A DNA stretch of 56,583 bases, from NCBI GenBank assembly GCA_016203395.1, contig JACQMV010000057.1:1-56583 (forward strand), read 5' to 3'. Numbering within the stretch: position 1 is the stretch's first letter; each line of letters begins with the position of its first letter. A program made the position numbers and the translations under genes. The DNA comes from Candidatus Woesearchaeota archaeon (GTDB lineage Archaea; Nanobdellota; Nanobdellia; Woesearchaeales; ARS49). Below are positions 1-9,892 of the stretch, piece after piece. The notes under the pieces were generated by a model. The model saw only the letters and a program-made list of their open reading frames with translations. It did no database searches and was not told the DNA's origin.

Positions 1-158
1 GTTTACTTAATAGCAATTGATGCATGGATACACCCGTACTATCTTGACTATTACAACATCCTCATAGGAGGACCAAAAAACGTACAAGAAAAAAACCTCC
101 TGGAATTCAACTGGTTCGGAGAAGGAAAAAAAGAACTTGTTGAATGGATAAACAAAAA
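1..158 (+). repeat. Near-identical 158-bp segment shared by two GT-C paralogs (copy 1)
   Basis: Bases 1-158 match 4453-4610 with 2 mismatches (84/4536 and 108/4560), both synonymous third-codon positions. Similarity drops sharply after base 158. Confidence 0.9.
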
Positions 159-591
159 TACCCTGCCGCAAGCAGTAGTAGCAACAAAATGGAACCCGAG
201 CCACGACCTTGTTGGTTGGAGAAACGATATCATAGAACTCCCACTATTAGAATCTGAATTCGTAGGAAACCCAGAATATCTCGCAATAAACCACAGATAC
301 ATACAATATGATGCATCAAAAGACAAGCATGCGCTCAATATGGCAAATTATACCCTAATAAAAGAAATAAAAGCAGGAGGAGGAACACTCGGGCAAGTAT
401 ACAAAGAAAAAAACGAAGGAAAAAGAACACCACAAACAGTGGCAATAAAAGTGTGCGATACAAGAAGCGGCCAATGCCAGAACCTACGACAAAAAGAGCT
501 ATCACAAGCACTGGCAAGAACAGAAACCAAAGATTATAAGTACCTTAATTTTACTTTATTAATCGGAAGAATCATATCACAATCTTCTTAA
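1..591 (+). CDS. GT-C fold glycosyltransferase (PMT_2/ArnT-like), C-terminal fragment; 5' end outside window
   Basis: Frame 1 is open from base 1 to the stop at 589-591. The translation VYLIAIDAWIHPYYLDYYNILIGGPKNVQEKNLLEFNWFGEGKKELVEWINKN... is colinear with the last ~135 aa of the 547-aa protein at 3223..4866. Confidence 0.7.
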   Translation, partial: VYLIAIDAWIHPYYLDYYNILIGGPKNVQEKNLLEFNWFGEGKKELVEWINKNTLPQAVVATKWNPSHDLVGWRNDIIELPLLESEFVGNPEYLAINHRYIQYDASKDKHALNMANYTLIKEIKAGGGTLGQVYKEKNEGKRTPQTVAIKVCDTRSGQCQNLRQKELSQALARTETKDYKYLNFTLLIGRIISQSS

Positions 592-1512
592 TGATTCAGG
601 ATGAGTAGAATAAAAGTCATAAGTCATTTTTAGACCTTCCTTCAACCCAGTTAAAGGAGACCAGCCAAGAACATCTTTGATTGAAGAAATATCAGCAATC
701 AACCTAGGAGGATCACCTTTTCTTTCACCAGCATCCTTTACAGGAACATTCTTCCCTGCAACTGCAAAAACCTCATCCAAAATCTGTTTCATAGTCAAAG
801 CAAAACCACTTCCTACATTAAACTCATGAATACTGTCGCATTTTTCCAGAGCAAAAACAACTGCTCTGGCAACATCCTTAACAAAAATATAATCACGAAT
901 CTGCTTGCCACCCCAAAAAATAGGAACTGCTTTTCCAAGAATAATTGACTTAACCCATGTTGGAATCGCCCTAGTAACAGGAAGCTGGTCATCCCTAGGA
1001 CCATACACATTAAAAAAACGCAAAATAACAGAATTGATACCAAACGCAAAATGATGACCGTAAATCACTGATTCAACAGCAAGCTTAGAAGCACCATAAG
1101 GCTGCAAGGGCCTTTTCGGAGAATCCTCCCTAACAAGACCTTTCTTATTCTCACCATAAACAGAAGAAGAACTGGAAAAAACCAGCTTATTAATATTATT
1201 AAGCCGCATACACTCAAGAAGATTAATCGCGTTATTCACATTCCTTTTCAAAACATAATCAGGCCTTGCAACAGAATCAGCAATATTATTCTCAGAAGCA
1301 AGATGAACAACCGCATCATTCCCATTAACTGCGTTTTTTAAAAACTCAACATTAGCAAGATCCCCCTTTATAAATGACGCTCTTTTATCCACATATTCCT
1401 CATAGCCAGTTGAAAGATCATCAAAAACAGTAACAGAATGACCTGCGTCAATAATTGCAGAAACTACATGACTGCCGATAAAACCCGCACCACCAGTAAC
1501 AAATACCTTCAT
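577..1512 (-). CDS. NAD-dependent epimerase/dehydratase (extended SDR, UDP-hexose 4-epimerase-like)
   Basis: 311 aa. Has the N-terminal Rossmann motif VTGGAGFIGSH and the catalytic YGASK (YxxxK). Confidence 0.85.
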   Translation of the reverse strand: MKVFVTGGAGFIGSHVVSAIIDAGHSVTVFDDLSTGYEEYVDKRASFIKGDLANVEFLKNAVNGNDAVVHLASENNIADSVARPDYVLKRNVNNAINLLECMRLNNINKLVFSSSSSVYGENKKGLVREDSPKRPLQPYGASKLAVESVIYGHHFAFGINSVILRFFNVYGPRDDQLPVTRAIPTWVKSIILGKAVPIFWGGKQIRDYIFVKDVARAVVFALEKCDSIHEFNVGSGFALTMKQILDEVFAVAGKNVPVKDAGERKGDPPRLIADISSIKDVLGWSPLTGLKEGLKMTYDFYSTHPESLRRL

Positions 1513-1533
1513 AACCCCAACTTTTGACTTCTG

Positions 1534-1540
1534 TATATAA
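1534..1540 (+). promoter_or_regulatory. Candidate TATA box in divergent intergenic gap
   Basis: TATATAA lies in the 36-bp gap between the divergent genes 577..1512(-) and 1549..2310(+). Its spacing fits the ATG at 1573 better than the one at 1549. Confidence 0.3.
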
Positions 1541-1548
1541 AGGTTTAT

Positions 1549-2310
1549 ATGTTATTCAAAAATACCCACGCCATGAATAAAGTAGAAATAGTAATTCCTG
1601 CACACAACGAAGAAAAAATACTGGAAAAGAGCATAGAACTTCTATACACACACTTAAACAAAATAAAAGACTTCATGTGGAACGTAACAATAGGAGAAAA
1701 CGGCTCAAAAGACAAAACACTAGAAATTGCACAGAAACTATGCAAAAAGTACAAACGCATGTCAGTAAAACACTTTGACACCCCGAGCAGAGACAACGTG
1801 TTGAAAACAATATGGAGCAAAAGTAATGCGGAGATACTCTTATACATGGATGCGGACATGTCCACACATCCTGCACACACCCGCGAACTAATAGACGCAA
1901 TAAACGCAGGATATGACATTGCCACTGGCTCAAGATGGAAAAAAGGCGCCAGAGTGCGCCGAGATATTATAAGAAAAATAATGTCTTACCTTTATAATGC
2001 AATTTTCCTGCCAATAATCCTTCCTACTTGCGTGAGAGATGCACAGTGCGGATTCAAAGCAATAAACCAAAAAGTAGCAAAAGAAGTAATCCCTCTACTA
2101 TCCAACCAGAACGGTTTTCTTGACACTGAAATACTCGTAGTAGCACACCATAAAGGACTCAGAGTAAAAGAAATACCTGTTGTATGGGCAGAATCACAAA
2201 GAGAAAGCACAATGAGCGTTTACAAAAACCTGCCGCCCTTCTTCATGAAAATATTCGAGACACGAAAAAAAATAAAAAACGGATTTTATGATACGCCCCC
2301 ACAAGCATAA
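1549..2310 (+). CDS. Glycosyltransferase family 2 (GT-A fold)
   Basis: 253 aa. Has VEIVIPAHNEEK near the N-terminus and a DADM (DxD) motif. Alternative start is the ATG at 1573 (MNKVEIVIP). Confidence 0.85.
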   Translation: MLFKNTHAMNKVEIVIPAHNEEKILEKSIELLYTHLNKIKDFMWNVTIGENGSKDKTLEIAQKLCKKYKRMSVKHFDTPSRDNVLKTIWSKSNAEILLYMDADMSTHPAHTRELIDAINAGYDIATGSRWKKGARVRRDIIRKIMSYLYNAIFLPIILPTCVRDAQCGFKAINQKVAKEVIPLLSNQNGFLDTEILVVAHHKGLRVKEIPVVWAESQRESTMSVYKNLPPFFMKIFETRKKIKNGFYDTPPQA

Positions 2311-2331
2311 CCTTTTTAAGCCGTAAATTTT

Positions 2332-3213
2332 TTGAGAACCAAGATGAGGAGACCTTTTTATCATGCCTTCAGGAAAACAAAAGAATACCTGATAAAAAAT
2401 AAGCCACCAATAATAACAAACGCTTTCTTTAGAATGTGCAAAATAGCAGAATCAATGCTGTCAGAAACTAGTTCAGTAGAAGATGCTGCGTGGAAAAGCA
2501 GATACTTCACAAAATACTCAATGCCCCAGTTTAAAATAATAACAAACCATCCGGTAGCGGAATATTCAGATGACCACAAAGCACCAAGAGGAAGCATAAA
2601 TGACAATTCTGTAAACAAAAGATTCAATAAAAAACTTTATGACTTCATTAAAAAACCAGAAATATCCCTTCTGGATCTAGGATGCGCAGGAGGCGGCTTT
2701 GTAAAAAGCATTATAGAAGACGGGCATACTGCAATAGGAATTGAAGGATCAAATGCCTGCAAAAAACGCGGATACGGCGAATGGAACAACTGCCCATACC
2801 ATTTATTCACTGCAGACATAACGCAGCCATTCAGAATAACCAATGCTTCAGGAAAACAAATAACGTTTGACGCAATAACCGCCTGGGAGGTTCTTGAGCA
2901 CATACCTGAAAACAAATTAAATAATCTGCTCCTGAACATCGCAAGACACGCACATCAGGAAACAACACTCATTGTATCTGTAGCGACAACAAAAGACGAA
3001 AACCCAATTGAAGGGACAATATACCATCATACAATAAAGCCAAAAGCATGGTGGCTACAAAAATTCTCCGAACACGGTTTTATTGAAATAAAAAATCATC
3101 CTTTCAAAACACCAGATTATATAAGGGGAAACGGCATAGGATGGAAAAACTGGGATCCTGCAGATGGTGATGGATTTCATCTCGTAATGAAAGCATCCAA
3201 AAAACATCGTTAG
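2332..3213 (+). CDS. Class I SAM-dependent methyltransferase
   Basis: 293 aa. Has the SAM motif I LLDLGCAGGGF, followed later by AITAWEVLEHIP. The ORF opens with TTG; the first ATG is at 2344. Confidence 0.8.
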   Translation: MRTKMRRPFYHAFRKTKEYLIKNKPPIITNAFFRMCKIAESMLSETSSVEDAAWKSRYFTKYSMPQFKIITNHPVAEYSDDHKAPRGSINDNSVNKRFNKKLYDFIKKPEISLLDLGCAGGGFVKSIIEDGHTAIGIEGSNACKKRGYGEWNNCPYHLFTADITQPFRITNASGKQITFDAITAWEVLEHIPENKLNNLLLNIARHAHQETTLIVSVATTKDENPIEGTIYHHTIKPKAWWLQKFSEHGFIEIKNHPFKTPDYIRGNGIGWKNWDPADGDGFHLVMKASKKHR

Positions 3214-3222
3214 GAGAAAAGA

Positions 3223-4866
3223 ATGCAAATTAAAAACTGGAAGTTAATTCTGGATATTATCATACTCCTTTTTCTGTTCAGCGCAGGTGCTGCTGTAAGA
3301 TTATATGATCTGAATGGACAAGGACCAACATTTGACGAATCGGGCTATTTCAAAATAGCCACAAAAATATACGGTGCAATAAAAGAGAAAACTTTAAGCG
3401 AAGAATACTGGGGGGTATTACCAACCCACCCCCCGGTAGGATCATACATACACACATTATTTTATATTCCTACACTAAAACAATTCTCAACAGAACACAT
3501 AAAACAACTCCTGACAGGCAAATTAACCTATCAGGATGGGCTGTCTGGAGAACAATACACTTCAGCAAGATACGCCAGCGTACTTCTTGGAACACTAACA
3601 ATACTCATTACTTATTTATTCTGTAAAAGATTTCTTAACAGAACGACAGGAGTAATAGCCGCACTAATTCTTATAGTGCTGCCTAATTTTATTCCACACC
3701 ACAAAATAGCCACTCTTGACAGCACTGTTGCCTTCTTTTACACACTCACAATCACGATATTCGCTTATACTCTTATAAGCGACAAGTGGAATGACTGGAT
3801 ATTTTTAGGAATACTAACCGGGCTCGGATTCGCAGTAAAATTCATAATGGTGCTCCTATTACCTGCTTACGTGCTGGTATATTTAGTATGGAATAAAGAA
3901 ATAATAAAAAAACACCTGTCAGAATTCAGACAAGCCATTAATGAAAAACAAAGCATTCTTAAGAATTCATTCAATACCTTACTTACAACAATCAAAGAGC
4001 TATATTCATGGAAACTATTTTTGATACCTTTTATCATGCTACTCGTACTATTTCTTACCTATCCTTACCTTTGGCCAGAACCATCGCGATTCACAAAAAT
4101 GATAACATTCTGGAAAGACGGACCGGGGATAGAACCATGGTTCGGACAAATGACAGAACAAGGAAGCTTACAATCATACTACCTTGTTTATTTTGTATTC
4201 ACAACACCTGTATTAATACTGCTTCTTTTTTTAATATCACTGCACTACAACTGGAAAAACAAAACCTTCTGGAACATGTTCGTGCTTTTGTGGTTTGCAA
4301 CACCATTCCTATGGAGCTTCAGCATACAAAAAACTGATGGAATGAGATACTTAACAATGATCTACCCACCACTAGCAATACTCGCAGCACAAGGACTACA
4401 ACACGCATTAAGAACACCAAAAAAACTATTTATAGGAATAGCAATACTGCTCGTTTACTTAATAGCAATTGATGCATGGATACACCCGTACTATCTTGAC
4501 TATTACAACATCCTCATAGGAGGACCAAAAAACGTGCAAGAAAAAAACCTCCTGGAATTTAACTGGTTCGGAGAAGGAAAAAAAGAACTTGTTGAATGGA
4601 TAAACAAAAACGCAGAACAAAACTCTGCAATAGCAATAAAATGGAACCCGAGCCACGATTTTGCCGGATGGAGAGAAGACCTATTTATTTTTGATCTTAT
4701 AAACCGTGGCTTTACAGGAAATCCAGACTATGTATTAATAAACCACAGATATAAACAGTATGATGAGAAAAAAGACCATTTCCGGTTGTTGTTAGACAAT
4801 TACAAACTTGTTTATACAATTAAAGCAGGCAATGGCGCACTCGGGTGGGTGTACAAAAAAACATGA
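3223..4866 (+). CDS. GT-C fold glycosyltransferase (PMT_2 / ArnT / dolichyl-phosphate-mannose mannosyltransferase-like)
   Basis: 547 aa. It is polytopic (about 12 hydrophobic helices by eye) with an acidic first loop (YDLNGQGPTFDESGYF) and a soluble C-terminal domain. It is a paralog of the fragment at 1..591. Confidence 0.75.
   Translation: MQIKNWKLILDIIILLFLFSAGAAVRLYDLNGQGPTFDESGYFKIATKIYGAIKEKTLSEEYWGVLPTHPPVGSYIHTLFYIPTLKQFSTEHIKQLLTGKLTYQDGLSGEQYTSARYASVLLGTLTILITYLFCKRFLNRTTGVIAALILIVLPNFIPHHKIATLDSTVAFFYTLTITIFAYTLISDKWNDWIFLGILTGLGFAVKFIMVLLLPAYVLVYLVWNKEIIKKHLSEFRQAINEKQSILKNSFNTLLTTIKELYSWKLFLIPFIMLLVLFLTYPYLWPEPSRFTKMITFWKDGPGIEPWFGQMTEQGSLQSYYLVYFVFTTPVLILLLFLISLHYNWKNKTFWNMFVLLWFATPFLWSFSIQKTDGMRYLTMIYPPLAILAAQGLQHALRTPKKLFIGIAILLVYLIAIDAWIHPYYLDYYNILIGGPKNVQEKNLLEFNWFGEGKKELVEWINKNAEQNSAIAIKWNPSHDFAGWREDLFIFDLINRGFTGNPDYVLINHRYKQYDEKKDHFRLLLDNYKLVYTIKAGNGALGWVYKKT
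4453..4610 (+). repeat. Near-identical 158-bp segment shared by two GT-C paralogs (copy 2)
   Basis: See 1..158. Confidence 0.9.
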
Positions 4867-5810
4867 GAACTGCATTAGTCACAGGAGGAACTGGCTTTTT
4901 AGGAAGCCATTTATGCGAACACCTTTTGAACAAAGAATTCTTTGTAATATGCATAGACAACAATTCTACAAGCAACCAGCACAATGTTCAACACCTCATG
5001 CAAAACCCCAGATTCAAACTAATACAACAAGACATAACCCTCCCAATAAAAACACAAGAAAATGCGGAAATAGCATTTCATCTAGCAAGCCCTGCATCTC
5101 CAATAGACCAAAAAAGAATGCAAGTTCAAACACTACTGGCAAATGCAACAGGAACAAAAAACGTGCTTGAATACTGCAGACAACACAACACAAAATTCTT
5201 GTTTGCCAGCACGTGCGAAATATACGGAGATCCTTTAGTATGCCCTCAAAATGAAGAATACTACGGAAACGTAAACCCTGTTGGAGAACGCTCCTGCTAT
5301 GACGAAGCAAAAAGATTCGGAGAAGCACTAACCATGGCATACAACAGAGCACACGGAATAAACACAAAAATAGCCAGAATATTCCACGCTTACGGAGCTG
5401 GAATGAGAACAGACGATTCAAGAGTCGTGCCTTCATTCATTACAAAAGCGCTAAAAAATCAAACACTCACAATAAACGGAGATGGAAACCAGCAAAGAAG
5501 CTTATGCTACGCAACAGACATAATTAACGGAATAACCCTCCTAATGGAAGCAAATGAAACAATGCCGGTCAATATAGGAAATCCGGAAATGATAAGCATA
5601 AAAGAACTAGCAAACAAAATAATACACTTATCGCAAAGCAAAAGCACAATAGAATACAAACAACTACCTATAAATGACCCTAAAGCAAAATGCCCTGACA
5701 TAACAAAAGCAAAAAAAATACTTGGCTGGGAACCAAAAACCAGCATTGACAAAGGGCTAAAACAAACCATAGAATATTTTAAACAACTAATCACCAGAGA
5801 AAACGAATAG
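4863..5810 (+). CDS. UDP-glucuronate decarboxylase-like extended SDR (UXS/ArnA-C-terminal type)
   Basis: Has VTGGTGFLGSHL, STCEIYG and YDEAKRFGE (YxxxK). The ATG at 4863 overlaps the upstream TGA (ATGA). The ORF track opens 18 nt earlier, at 4845. Confidence 0.8.
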   Translation: MRTALVTGGTGFLGSHLCEHLLNKEFFVICIDNNSTSNQHNVQHLMQNPRFKLIQQDITLPIKTQENAEIAFHLASPASPIDQKRMQVQTLLANATGTKNVLEYCRQHNTKFLFASTCEIYGDPLVCPQNEEYYGNVNPVGERSCYDEAKRFGEALTMAYNRAHGINTKIARIFHAYGAGMRTDDSRVVPSFITKALKNQTLTINGDGNQQRSLCYATDIINGITLLMEANETMPVNIGNPEMISIKELANKIIHLSQSKSTIEYKQLPINDPKAKCPDITKAKKILGWEPKTSIDKGLKQTIEYFKQLITRENE

Positions 5811-5864
5811 TGGCATATTAACAAAGAAAACACTACAATACTGCCTGCTGAACTATGGGTGGCT

Positions 5865-6743
5865 TTACCTATCTTCAAATGATTTTAAAACAACTCCATG
5901 AAGCCGAGCATTCTCAAGAATCTCCTCAGGACCAACTAATGGCGCACCACCTGAAATAGAAGAAACAAACCTTTGAATAGACGCAGCCAAAGGATCCTCA
6001 ATCTTAATTGTTTTACTGCCACACACAAGCGACTGCTCATAATTTGAGCCAAGAACCCTTTCAAATAACTTGTCATTAATGCTAAACCTGAAATTCCTAG
6101 GACGCTCTTCTTTATTCCTGAACTCAAAAACCGCATGACACTTTTGTTCAGCAGAATAATCCAATTCAACCTTAACAACACTGTTCTTTGAAACAATAAC
6201 ATTATTCTCTTCACCAATGCCTGCAAGAGCAATAAGCATACTATTTGCGTGAGGAAGCGCCTCTTCAAGCATTGTGCGATTGTTGCCAAATGGCTCCATA
6301 TAAAAATAAAATTGCTTAATCCTTCTAGGAATCGAAATATTATCAAGAACACTCAACCACTGTGTATTTACGCAAAGAACCTTATTCTTCACAGAAGCAA
6401 GCTTCAACAGCCGCTTGGCTATCAAATAACTATCAGCCCCAATAACAAAAGGTTTTTCGCATAAAACATGCAATCCAGAATTAAGACATTGTTCAACCAT
6501 TTGCGCATGAAATCCGGGAGGAGTGCAAATGCTGACTGCATCAAGCTGTTCACTATCAAGCATCACCTTTATGCTGCCATAAGAATGAACTTTCAAACCG
6601 AAAGAACTTTCAAGCTCAATTGCCTTACTTCTTGCAGATTCATCAGAGCTGCCTACAACAGCAACAACATTCGCAACTTTTGCAAACTCACGGACGTGAA
6701 ACCTGCCAATGCTACCTGCGCCAACAACACCAATATTAACCAT
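5865..6743 (-). CDS. Gfo/Idh/MocA family NAD(P)-dependent sugar oxidoreductase
   Basis: 292 aa. Has IGVVGAGSIGRFH (Rossmann) and the family-typical VLCEKPF motif. Confidence 0.8.
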   Translation of the reverse strand: MVNIGVVGAGSIGRFHVREFAKVANVVAVVGSSDESARSKAIELESSFGLKVHSYGSIKVMLDSEQLDAVSICTPPGFHAQMVEQCLNSGLHVLCEKPFVIGADSYLIAKRLLKLASVKNKVLCVNTQWLSVLDNISIPRRIKQFYFYMEPFGNNRTMLEEALPHANSMLIALAGIGEENNVIVSKNSVVKVELDYSAEQKCHAVFEFRNKEERPRNFRFSINDKLFERVLGSNYEQSLVCGSKTIKIEDPLAASIQRFVSSISGGAPLVGPEEILENARLHGVVLKSFEDR

Positions 6744-7613
6744 TCAGCTCGCCTCAAAAACCGGCCTCTCCGTATAACCAGAACGATCCAACCTAACAAA
6801 CTTAAAAGACTTTCCAAGATCTTCCATCCATTTTATTGTGCTAATCATTGAATCGCGAGCCAAACAACCAAGCAAAACAGCAGCACCATCACCATTCATG
6901 TCTTTCTTGTCACAATAGTGATCAACAATGAAAGCAGGCAGGTTATCAATGTCAACAAGATAGAACCCGCCATCACTTTTTATTTTTAACGAATCAAAAC
7001 CCACTTTCGCCTCTGCCAAAAAACCAACCATGCCTGAAAAGTCAGGAGCGCGAGAAGTATGAATTGTGGTAACCCCTTTAATTTCAACAGCATCCTGTTC
7101 AAGCCCAAGCTCAGCCATCAATTTCTGATAAGCCGATGCCTTAAAATCCATGCCATTATCATTCATGACAAGACCTGCTGCAGAACAATCTATCATCCCA
7201 CGCACGTGAGTGACGTTTGGAGAACGCCTGCATGCAAGAATCTGATTGCCGAACTTCAGCGCAACACCAACCGCACCAACACGCATACTGTTGTACGTAT
7301 TTACGCTTAATCTTTCATCAAGCGAACAAGCATATGATGACGTAACTGCATAATACGTTTTAAAATCACAGGGCCTGAACTTCAACACATTATTCGCATA
7401 CCACAAACAACCTAAGCCACCTTGCACAGAAAAAACCTTATCTTTGCGCTCTGCCTTGAGTTTATGCCAAAACTTTTCAATTACGATTTTTTCGCGCTCA
7501 CTCAAGCAAGCAGAAAAATCATCACCATCAACACTTATAGAAATATTCTCATAACAATATGGAGAATCAAACAAACCAAAAAAACCAATATCAAAATTCA
7601 TACAATCCTCCAT
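6744..7613 (-). CDS. Hypothetical protein, possibly degenerate Nudix fold
   Basis: 289 aa. The segment ACRRSPNVTHVRGMIDCSAAG...ASAYQKLMAELGLE resembles a decayed Nudix box. Its architecture parallels 11790..12743. Confidence 0.4.
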   Translation of the reverse strand: MEDCMNFDIGFFGLFDSPYCYENISISVDGDDFSACLSEREKIVIEKFWHKLKAERKDKVFSVQGGLGCLWYANNVLKFRPCDFKTYYAVTSSYACSLDERLSVNTYNSMRVGAVGVALKFGNQILACRRSPNVTHVRGMIDCSAAGLVMNDNGMDFKASAYQKLMAELGLEQDAVEIKGVTTIHTSRAPDFSGMVGFLAEAKVGFDSLKIKSDGGFYLVDIDNLPAFIVDHYCDKKDMNGDGAAVLLGCLARDSMISTIKWMEDLGKSFKFVRLDRSGYTERPVFEAS

Positions 7614-9892
7614 TCAGGAGCAGGAATCACGAACTGAAGACCTTTACTCCGGTACTCTTCATTATTACGAATAATCTCATCAGCAAAATTCCAGGCGAGC
7701 ACAAAAGCATACTCAGGAAGCTCACTTTTCCAAGACTCCTTATTTCTAACAGGAATTCTGACACCTGGAACGGTTTTGCCATGCTTTAACGGATTATCCT
7801 CAACAATGTAAGCAATATCATCATTAGTTATACCATAAAAATTAAGAAACGTCGTGGCTTTTGCAGGAGCACCATAACCAACAATCTTCTTCCCATCATT
7901 CTTTACAGCATCAAAAAATCCCTTAACATGACGCTTCATCTCCATAAGCTTACGAGCAAACTCCTCAAATGTTGAAAACTTATCAAGGCCAGCATGTCTT
8001 TCTTTCATAATAAACTCATCAACAGAAGAATGTTGAGGATAAAAACCCGCTTTCTGAACAAAAACACGCAATGAGCCGCCGTGCGTATCAACATGCTCAA
8101 CCATGAAAACATTCATGTCCTGCCTTTTGAAAAACTCCTGCAAGGAAAGCACACAAAAATAAGACAAATGCTCATGATAAATATTATCAAAAGAAAGCCG
8201 CAATACTGTATCTAAAAGATACTGAACTTCAATAATCAAAACACCATTGTCCTTCAACAAATTCTTAACGTTTCTGGCAACCTCTTTGATATTACCAATG
8301 TGTGCAAAAACATTATTGGCAGTAATCACATCTGCCTTGCCCTGCAAAGAACAAATACTATTAACAATATCATCATTAAAAAATCCACAAAATGTTTCTA
8401 CACCATTACTTCTTGAAATTTCACAAATATTAGACGCTGGCTCAACTCCAACTACGCGAATTCTTTTTTCCTTGAACTTCTTAAGAAGAAAGCCGTCATT
8501 ACTCCCGATATCAACAACCAATGATTTGTCATTAAGCCCTAAAAAACCTGAAACAGAATCGGCCATTTCTGAAAAATGCCTCCGGAACGTTTCAGTAGTT
8601 GATGAAACATACAAGTAATTAGAGAACATCTTTTCAGGAGCAACAACATACGAAAGCTGGCAAAGAAAACACTTTTCGCAAAACATCAGCTCAAGAGGAA
8701 AACTCTCTTCCTTGCGATGGAGCTCATTTTCAGATAAAAGTGCATTTGCCAAAGGAGTGTTACCAAGAGAAATAACATTACGAAGAGAATCACTGCCGCA
8801 AATCCTGCACTTTTTCTGAAACCCATAATTTTCCTGCTCTTTCAATGCTTCTTCAGTCCAGCGAATAAACCGCTGCAAACCCTTGACAAGCCCTACTTTT
8901 GGGAAATAACCAATCACTGTTCTTATTTTAGTAAGATCAGGACAGCGCCTACTAACATCTGCCTTGGAATATGCTTCATTAGGACCAACAACCTGATGAA
9001 CAACACTATTCTCGTTTTTCACAAGACCTGAAACAATCTCAGCCAAGTGGCGCATTTCAATCTCTTGCTCATCACTGCCAATATTGAAAACCTCCCGGTT
9101 ATACTTAGACAGAAGAACCTGAAAAAAGCCAGTGATAGCATCAGTAACATAGCACCATGTTCTAGTATTTCTGCCATCCCCATACACAGGAATCTTCTCA
9201 CCCTTAAGCGCAGCAACAACAAAATTAATCGCACCACGACCATCATCCAAACGCATACCCGGACCATAAATGTTAAACGGACGCACTATCTTAACAGGAA
9301 TCCCAAAATTAAGAGAATACGTCATGCATAATGTTTCACCAATCCTTTTTGGCTCATCATAAGCAGCCCTAGGACCTATACAAGACACATTGCCATTATA
9401 CGTTTCAGGCGTTGGAATAAACTTAGAATCAGGATTACCATACACTTCACTTGTGCTGAAAAACAAAAAACTCTTAACATTCTTAACCCTTGCCAGCTCA
9501 AGCAAGTTCTTCGTACCTAAAAAACCAACATCAATAGTTTCTAAAGGAAACTTACTGTAAAACAACGGAGCAGCAATACTCGCAGCATGAAAAATAAAAT
9601 CAACACCGCCCTCAATATTAACCGGCTTTGAAATATCCTGCTCAATAACCGAAGTGTTCTCGTCCTCTTCAATAATCCCTTTTAACCCAGTAATGAAATT
9701 ATCAAGAACAATAATCCTACACGGCTTTTCAAGCACAAACTTGTTCAGATACTGCAAAATCAGAACAAGATACTTGCCAAGAAAACCAGCACCTCCTGTA
9801 ATAAGCACAGCGGTATTATTAAACGCAGCAGTCAAACTGCCTAAATCCTGCGCAATCGTGCGAATATCCTCCTGAATAATCCTACTTACCAT
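7598..9892 (-). CDS. Fusion protein: UXS-like extended SDR (N-terminal) + zinc-ribbon/class I SAM C-methyltransferase (C-terminal, TylC3-like)
   Basis: 764 aa. Residues 1-350 carry ITGGAGFLGKYL, STSEVYG and YDEPKRIGE. Residues ~360-764 carry CRICGS...CEKCFLCQL (Cys4), VVDIGSNDGFLL (SAM motif I), ANNVFAHI and HEHLSYF...THGGSLRVF. The domain junction is near nt 8815. Confidence 0.75.
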   Translation of the reverse strand: MVSRIIQEDIRTIAQDLGSLTAAFNNTAVLITGGAGFLGKYLVLILQYLNKFVLEKPCRIIVLDNFITGLKGIIEEDENTSVIEQDISKPVNIEGGVDFIFHAASIAAPLFYSKFPLETIDVGFLGTKNLLELARVKNVKSFLFFSTSEVYGNPDSKFIPTPETYNGNVSCIGPRAAYDEPKRIGETLCMTYSLNFGIPVKIVRPFNIYGPGMRLDDGRGAINFVVAALKGEKIPVYGDGRNTRTWCYVTDAITGFFQVLLSKYNREVFNIGSDEQEIEMRHLAEIVSGLVKNENSVVHQVVGPNEAYSKADVSRRCPDLTKIRTVIGYFPKVGLVKGLQRFIRWTEEALKEQENYGFQKKCRICGSDSLRNVISLGNTPLANALLSENELHRKEESFPLELMFCEKCFLCQLSYVVAPEKMFSNYLYVSSTTETFRRHFSEMADSVSGFLGLNDKSLVVDIGSNDGFLLKKFKEKRIRVVGVEPASNICEISRSNGVETFCGFFNDDIVNSICSLQGKADVITANNVFAHIGNIKEVARNVKNLLKDNGVLIIEVQYLLDTVLRLSFDNIYHEHLSYFCVLSLQEFFKRQDMNVFMVEHVDTHGGSLRVFVQKAGFYPQHSSVDEFIMKERHAGLDKFSTFEEFARKLMEMKRHVKGFFDAVKNDGKKIVGYGAPAKATTFLNFYGITNDDIAYIVEDNPLKHGKTVPGVRIPVRNKESWKSELPEYAFVLAWNFADEIIRNNEEYRSKGLQFVIPAPEWRIV

